From the NCBI GenBank assembly GCA_050230475.1, contig JBFLGF010000032.1:1-64000 (forward strand): a stretch of 64,000 bases of DNA, given 5' to 3'. A program made the translations under genes and the position numbers. Shown in pieces: positions 58,327 through 64,000 of this stretch (positions within the stretch are counted from its first letter, which is position 1; each line of letters begins with the position of its first letter). The stretch is from Ancylonema sp. (lineage: Eukaryota). The notes beneath the pieces are model-generated. The model did not search any database and was not told the DNA's origin. It saw nothing but the letters and a program-made list of their open reading frames with translations.

Positions 58327-59436
58327 TCTTTATTTCTCATGGTTTGGTATAAGGAAGAAGGGACGAGTGAAACAGGGCAGCAGATTGTTATTCAACATTC
58401 AGGTAGGGGCTAACTAAAGGCAGATCAGCCCATCGGTTTTTTTGCTCAGGAAAACGATTTGTGCATACACTTTGTGCGGGTATTCAGTAGGTAGATTATC
58501 AAGCTTGTGCATAGATAGGAACTACAGCGGAAGTGAATCAGCATTTGTTCTAGTCGACCAAGAATCTGGTTTTTTTTCTCCAAAGTTACGAAGGTGATAG
58601 GAAGGGGATACTAAAGCTTGGGAGACTACCAATAGAGTGTGTATGGCTTGAGGCGATTATTGCAAATCAATAAAGTGCTACAGATGCTTCCCAAATTCAG
58701 TTGAGTTATAACAACGTTGGCAACAATATGACTCTGTTTGCTTGCATTGCTCCAAACGATCTTTTGCTTTCTAGGGGATGTTATTTCGCGAGTCATTATC
58801 CTCGTGTTGTTGCTATCTTCTGCCATGGATGCAAGAAGTAACAAACTTCACTCTCTTGAAACAAACATTCACGACATTGCAAACATACACAACAAAAGTG
58901 CAAGTTTGAAATAGATTGATTGATTGCAGAATTCTGCATGCAAGCTTAGACTGAATACAATCGAGTGTGATCCGTGCCCCCTCCCAGTCAAAGATCTCTA
59001 CTGATCATACTAACAAGTCAACACCAATCGTAGTCAAGTATTGTGCCAAGTCACCTGATCTTATCGCCACCTTTCCTACTCTTATTGACACGCTGCCAGG
59101 TGGCTCGAAGTAACATCATAATCAGATCGATAGGCAAAACGACAAAATCGACAAAACTAAACCTAGGCCCTAAAATCGATATTAAAGACAAAAGTGCACA
59201 GACCCTCAAAAACTAAAACCTCGACCTAGGAATTTGTGATCACGTCATCACGTACTCGTACTAGGTGCAGACCTTGAGACGGGCTTTTGTTAAGGTGAAG
59301 AATATCTCTGAAAAAAGGTCCTTGCGTATTTGTTGAGTCAAGACCGAGGCACATCATTACATGCAATATATCATGTGGAACATGTCCCAATATAATTGAG
59401 TAGAAGGGTACCGGTGATTGCAAGCTACTTCCAATG

Positions 59437-59677
59437 CCGTAGTGGCCATACATAATGACCCGGGTTTTTTTTTTTAACGAATTGATTTAGCCAAGAAACC
59501 ACCACTTGACCCAACCCGCGCACCCAATATAAAATTTCCCAAAATCCTGAAGAATATTTATTATCTAGTGACCCACATTATAGAATGACCCACTTTTTTT
59601 GAAATTTGAATTATTTTATTTGACCCGACCCACCCTTTTCAAAATTATTTGAGGGCCATTATGTGTGGCCAGTACGG
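59437..59677. mobile_element. MITE with CCGTA termini
   Basis: TIR CCGTAGTGGCCATACATAATG / CATTATGTGTGGCCAGTACGG followed by TA. Confidence 0.78.
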
Positions 59678-61662
59678 TACTCTACAAGTTCACATTCCTT
59701 GGCTTCGGTAACATTTGTTATACAAGTTTTGGAAATCAATCATTCAAATGACTTATTGAATAACATGAAATCAGGTTGTTTTCTTTTGTTCCACTTCCGT
59801 TATATAATGTACCATACGGGCCAAAGATAATGACCCTCAAAAAACAATGAAAACAACGTGGCGGTTCCAAAAAAAAAAAAAACATCCTAATTCATGGGTG
59901 GGTCATGCATTATTTTACGAAACTGCTTCAAACTGAGTCATTGTCCTAAAACAAATTTTGCACATGACATACTCATCCTACTGACGTGTGGTTGAACTCT
60001 GATGCCAAAATTCAGTCGTGGTCCGACAACGGCCAAATCGATTGTCATCGGTGTGCTATTGCAAATTTGCGTATCGGTTTTTAGCAATTTAGCATTGTAA
60101 TGTGGAGTTGGGGGGGGGCACCGTGCAAAGAAGAGGTCGAATTTATTTCACACGGATAGTGTTGTCTTGTGCATTACACATAACCGTCAAGACAATGTTT
60201 GTTATGACGTCTAAGTCACGAAATTTTTAATGTTAGAAAGCATTTACAATACCAATTTATAAAAACTTGATAGTTTTTCTCCGATTGGATGGGATATAAA
60301 TACGTACCATGTAATGAAAGATTTTTTTCAATGAAATATTTCTGAACAACTTATGTTATCCCATCGTCGATTCGAATCACTACTCATGTTACGAACAACA
60401 CCACACACACACTCTCTCACTCACTACTCACCACTCCATCACTCCTCACTACTCATGTTTAAGCATGTATATTACCGTGATTGGTGCGGTTGCGGTGCGG
60501 TATGGTATGAGTAGTTTTGGCGTGGGTCACGGTAATATGCTTCCTGGGTCACGGGGAAAAAAAAAAAAACCCGGGTCACGGGATGATAATAAAGTTTTGC
60601 TAGGGTTCAAGTTGGTGGCCAAGGTAGTTTATTGGTTGTATTCCAACCCAAGGCATTATATTTGGTCAGTGCGGTAATCGAATCCCCGCGGCTCCATTTT
60701 GCCTTGCCTTGCTCGAATTCTTCTCTTAAATCAGTGGTTGTTGTTTATCGGATTCCCGAAATCATCGGATGGAATCATGGTTGGCCCCGCACCGTGCTAT
60801 ATATTTACCAATCATGGTAGGCACACAATCAGATCCGAGCGGCGAAAAACAAAAACCCAACTCGAAAACAATAGGGAAATTCAACAAACATTTTATTTGA
60901 ACGCACTATTTGTGAGGAAGCCAACTGTGGATGGAGTCATGAATAAATTATTTATCAATTGAAGAATGTGAATCATGTTCGAATGGGCGCAGGGAGAACC
61001 TATTGGGTACAATGTGAGTACATGCACGTGGTATTGCTTTGCACGATAAGACTGAAAGTTTGTTGTGTGAGTAGTGTCGCGTATTTGTGTGTGAAAGCCG
61101 AATGAAAACCGCTCGTCTTGAATTGTGCCAGGTGAATATTATATATATCATATTGTTTCAAGCACCTCCACGTGACTTAATTACTAATCCGAAGTACGTG
61201 TGGTTTTTTTTTACCTACGTTATAATTTTTGAAAAAAAACCGATCACACGCAAAAGCTTACTTCGTTGACTAGACGCCTTATGCGACCAGAAATCTGGCC
61301 CAACACAACGAAAGCCAGCTAGCGTTCAAAAAATGAAAACATTTTTTAGTCTTTCCATGTAGGATCCCATTCCTTCATTCAAATATGGCAACTCTAAAAA
61401 TTCGATTCGTAATCAGAATCAATTAGGCCTTTTATAAAAAAAGGAAAAAAAAAAGAAAACAAGAAAGAGAAGGTCACTATTACGTGTGTCACACACTACA
61501 GCGATTGTCACTGTATCGAGTGGGTTTTTAAAAGGATAAGAAAAAGGGCATAAAAAATGTCACTATATCGTGATTGTTACTATATCGAGTGTCATTATAT
61601 CAAGGGTTCACTGTATACATCGCGGTGCCGAACTACCGCTATTACCGATACAATTTAGGGTA

Positions 61663-63545
61663 GAGTGCAGTCTTGATATAGTGACACACTGTACCGTGAC
61701 AATCGCGTTATAGTGACATTTTTTTTGCCCTTTTTCTACTCCTACAATAAACCCTTGATATAGTGACAATCGATATATTGACAATCACGATATGGTGACA
61801 TTTTTTATGCCCTTTTTCTAATCCTATATAAAAACCCACTCGATATAGTGACAATCGCTATAGTGACCAAATTTTCCTAGATTTTACTATTGAGATGTTA
61901 CTATAGAGTGAAACCTGTCTAAAATAACGTTGTAAAAAATAATAACCTCCCAAATCTAATAGAGAAAAAAATAGAAAAAAAAAAAATGTCTCAATTAATA
62001 GTTTATACCTGTCCCGACATCATTACATTAAAGAGGTTTTATTGTAGCAAGTGGACATTAGAAAACAACAACAAACGCCATATAGATGACCTACCTTCTT
62101 CAATTAAAACCTCTAATCTGGTTGCTCAAAATAACCTAAAATTCACTTTCTTTCGATGTAGTGACATTGGCTCACTGTCGCCCTATCAAATGTCACTATA
62201 CAGTATAACCTGTCTAAAGGAATACTCTCTAAAGGAATAACCTCTCTAAAGGAATACCGAATTCCGGTCCCAAAACCGGAATCGCTAGGAACCGTACCTG
62301 TATAAGTGCATAATCTCTCTAAAGGAATATATTTTCTCCCCCCCGAGAGTATTCCTTTAGACAAGTTATGTTGTATAGTGTATAGTGACACCCCTGGCAT
62401 TCGATATAGTGACATTATTTTCCACTGTCTATAAAATCGTCACTATATCAAGGGTTTACTGTATATAAAAACCTACTCTATGTAGTGACAATCGCTACAG
62501 TGACACACGTTATAGTGACCAAAAATTCCCAGATTTTTGTATTGCGATGTCGCTATAGAGTGAAACCTCGCTAAATTTATATTGTGAAAGTTAAAAACCT
62601 GTCTATTTTAATGCATAATATTCCGCCCGAATTGTTTTTAGCCAAAATGTGACGCGTAAATTAATAACCAGTCTAATTACATTTTTTTTTATAATGGTTC
62701 CAACATCAGTCATGTAGACAGGTTTTATTATAGCGAGAGGATGTTAAAACAAAAGCCGTTTAGATGAGCCAGCTCCGTTAAAAATATCGACCTGAATTTC
62801 ACTTTCTCTCTATATAGTGACATTTCTATTGTCGCCCTATCAAATGTCATTATACAGTGTATAGTGACAGCGATATACAGTGCTCCCTCGATATAACGAC
62901 AATTTTTTTTCCATTAAAGTGTCGTTATATCGAGGTGTCGTTATACACTGTATAACGACATTTGCTACAATAATCTGAAATCTATGTCGTTGTATCGAGG
63001 GACTTTGCGAATGAAGCAAAGTGAATAAGCAGATGTGTTTACTGTGTGTTTCCTAGAGTAAGTTGCCTTGGTATGATTATTAAATTCAGCGTGTGTATTG
63101 ATATACGAGCTATACAAGTGCGTCATGATACCAATACATGCGGATGGACAAAATATACCACAAAATTTTACGAGGAGAGTTGGGGAGGTATTAAGGTCGT
63201 TACAAAGCAACACCGGACACGCACATTCTATTGGACCTATATAGAATTCTATATAGAATTTGAGGCCGTTCTATATTTTCTCGATTTCCATACATCGTTA
63301 TCTGCGAGCAATAGCATTATATACACAGTATAACGACATTAACGACATTCAGTATTCTGAAATAATTTGTCATTATATAGAGTGTCGTTATGCTTATATC
63401 GAGGGCGATTTCATATTGATTTTAAAAAAGTTCCCAAAAAACTATCGTTATATCGAGGTTGTCGTTATATCGAGGGTCGTTATATCGAGGGAGCACTGTA
63501 GTAACCCCATGTCTATAATATTGTCACTATATCGAGACAGCACTG
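61663..63545. mobile_element. Nested MITE cluster: outer 61663-63545 contains 61745-62461 (which contains 62201-62373) and 62878-63498
   Basis: Each unit has its own TIR pair and TA flanks, e.g. the perfect 23-bp CAGTGCTCCCTCGATATAACGAC / GTCGTTATATCGAGGGAGCACTG at 62878-63498. A further half element lies at about 61470-61613. Confidence 0.85.
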
Positions 63546-63654
63546 TACGAAGTGGCGCCAAGTACGGCGTGCGTTGTTATTGGACGCTACGTGACAGGTA
63601 GCGCCCCTTGACCTACAAAATGTCCTACCTGCTGTCACTCAGTCGCCATACAAC

Positions 63655-64000
63655 TAGGGTTGTGAATTTTACATTTACGTTTTTTTTTACATTACGTAAT
63701 ACGTCAATTACCGTTTTTTACGGTAATCTTACCGTAATCTTACAAATAACATCGATTTGCTCAATTACGTAATACATGGTCAGAATAGTGATTACACGTA
63801 AAATGAAAGGATTTTAATAAGAATTGAAAAAAAAAAAAAAAAAAAAAAAGGGGGGTGGTTTTTTTTTCTTTTCATGTGGTTGTAGATTGTGTATTTTTTA
63901 ATCAATATTTCATTAAAACTATGTTGTTTTCATATTATTTTTCCCACATGGACGGAGTTCTCGATGTTATAACCTTGATGTGTACCAAAATAGCATACCT
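63655..64000. mobile_element. Probable left end of a hAT-like element running off the window
   Basis: Starts TAGGGTTGTG with clustered TTACG/CGTAA subterminal motifs; no partner end visible. Confidence 0.4.

Noticed and set aside
1..64000. tRNA, rRNA or snRNA genes
   Set aside because: None recognised by eye; a covariance-model scan would be needed to exclude them.

Overview
Eukaryotic nuclear DNA from a green plant lineage, most likely a streptophyte alga or non-vascular plant (inferred from land-plant-type gene families, GC-rich exons, and both GT-AG and AT-AC introns). Eight host gene models, most of them spliced, are supportable: a Gly-rich uncharacterised protein, a THA8-family short PPR protein, an ALA1-like P4-ATPase flippase, MED19, a two-RRM protein (At3g21215-like), a DHHC palmitoyltransferase, a protein with two tandem GT61-like domains, and a clade-B-like PP2C. 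About 4-17 kb is a decayed, scrambled Helentron/Helitron2-type rolling-circle transposon (OTU-like, Zn/DUF6570-like, HUH Rep, PIF1 helicase, AP-like endonuclease), followed by a highly diverged array of about 193-bp period. Intergenic DNA holds many hAT-like and Tc1/mariner-pogo-like (TA TSD) MITEs, several nested. Most notable: the endonuclease-bearing Helentron; two foreign DNA fragments joined at nearly the same Rep position; an in-frame TGA in the otherwise intact RRM gene, which also has a U12 AT-AC intron; and the tandem GT61-like protein. Single N characters at 5592, 7244, 8406 and 38692 mark probable assembly joins. All family assignments come from recalled motifs; no database search was run.
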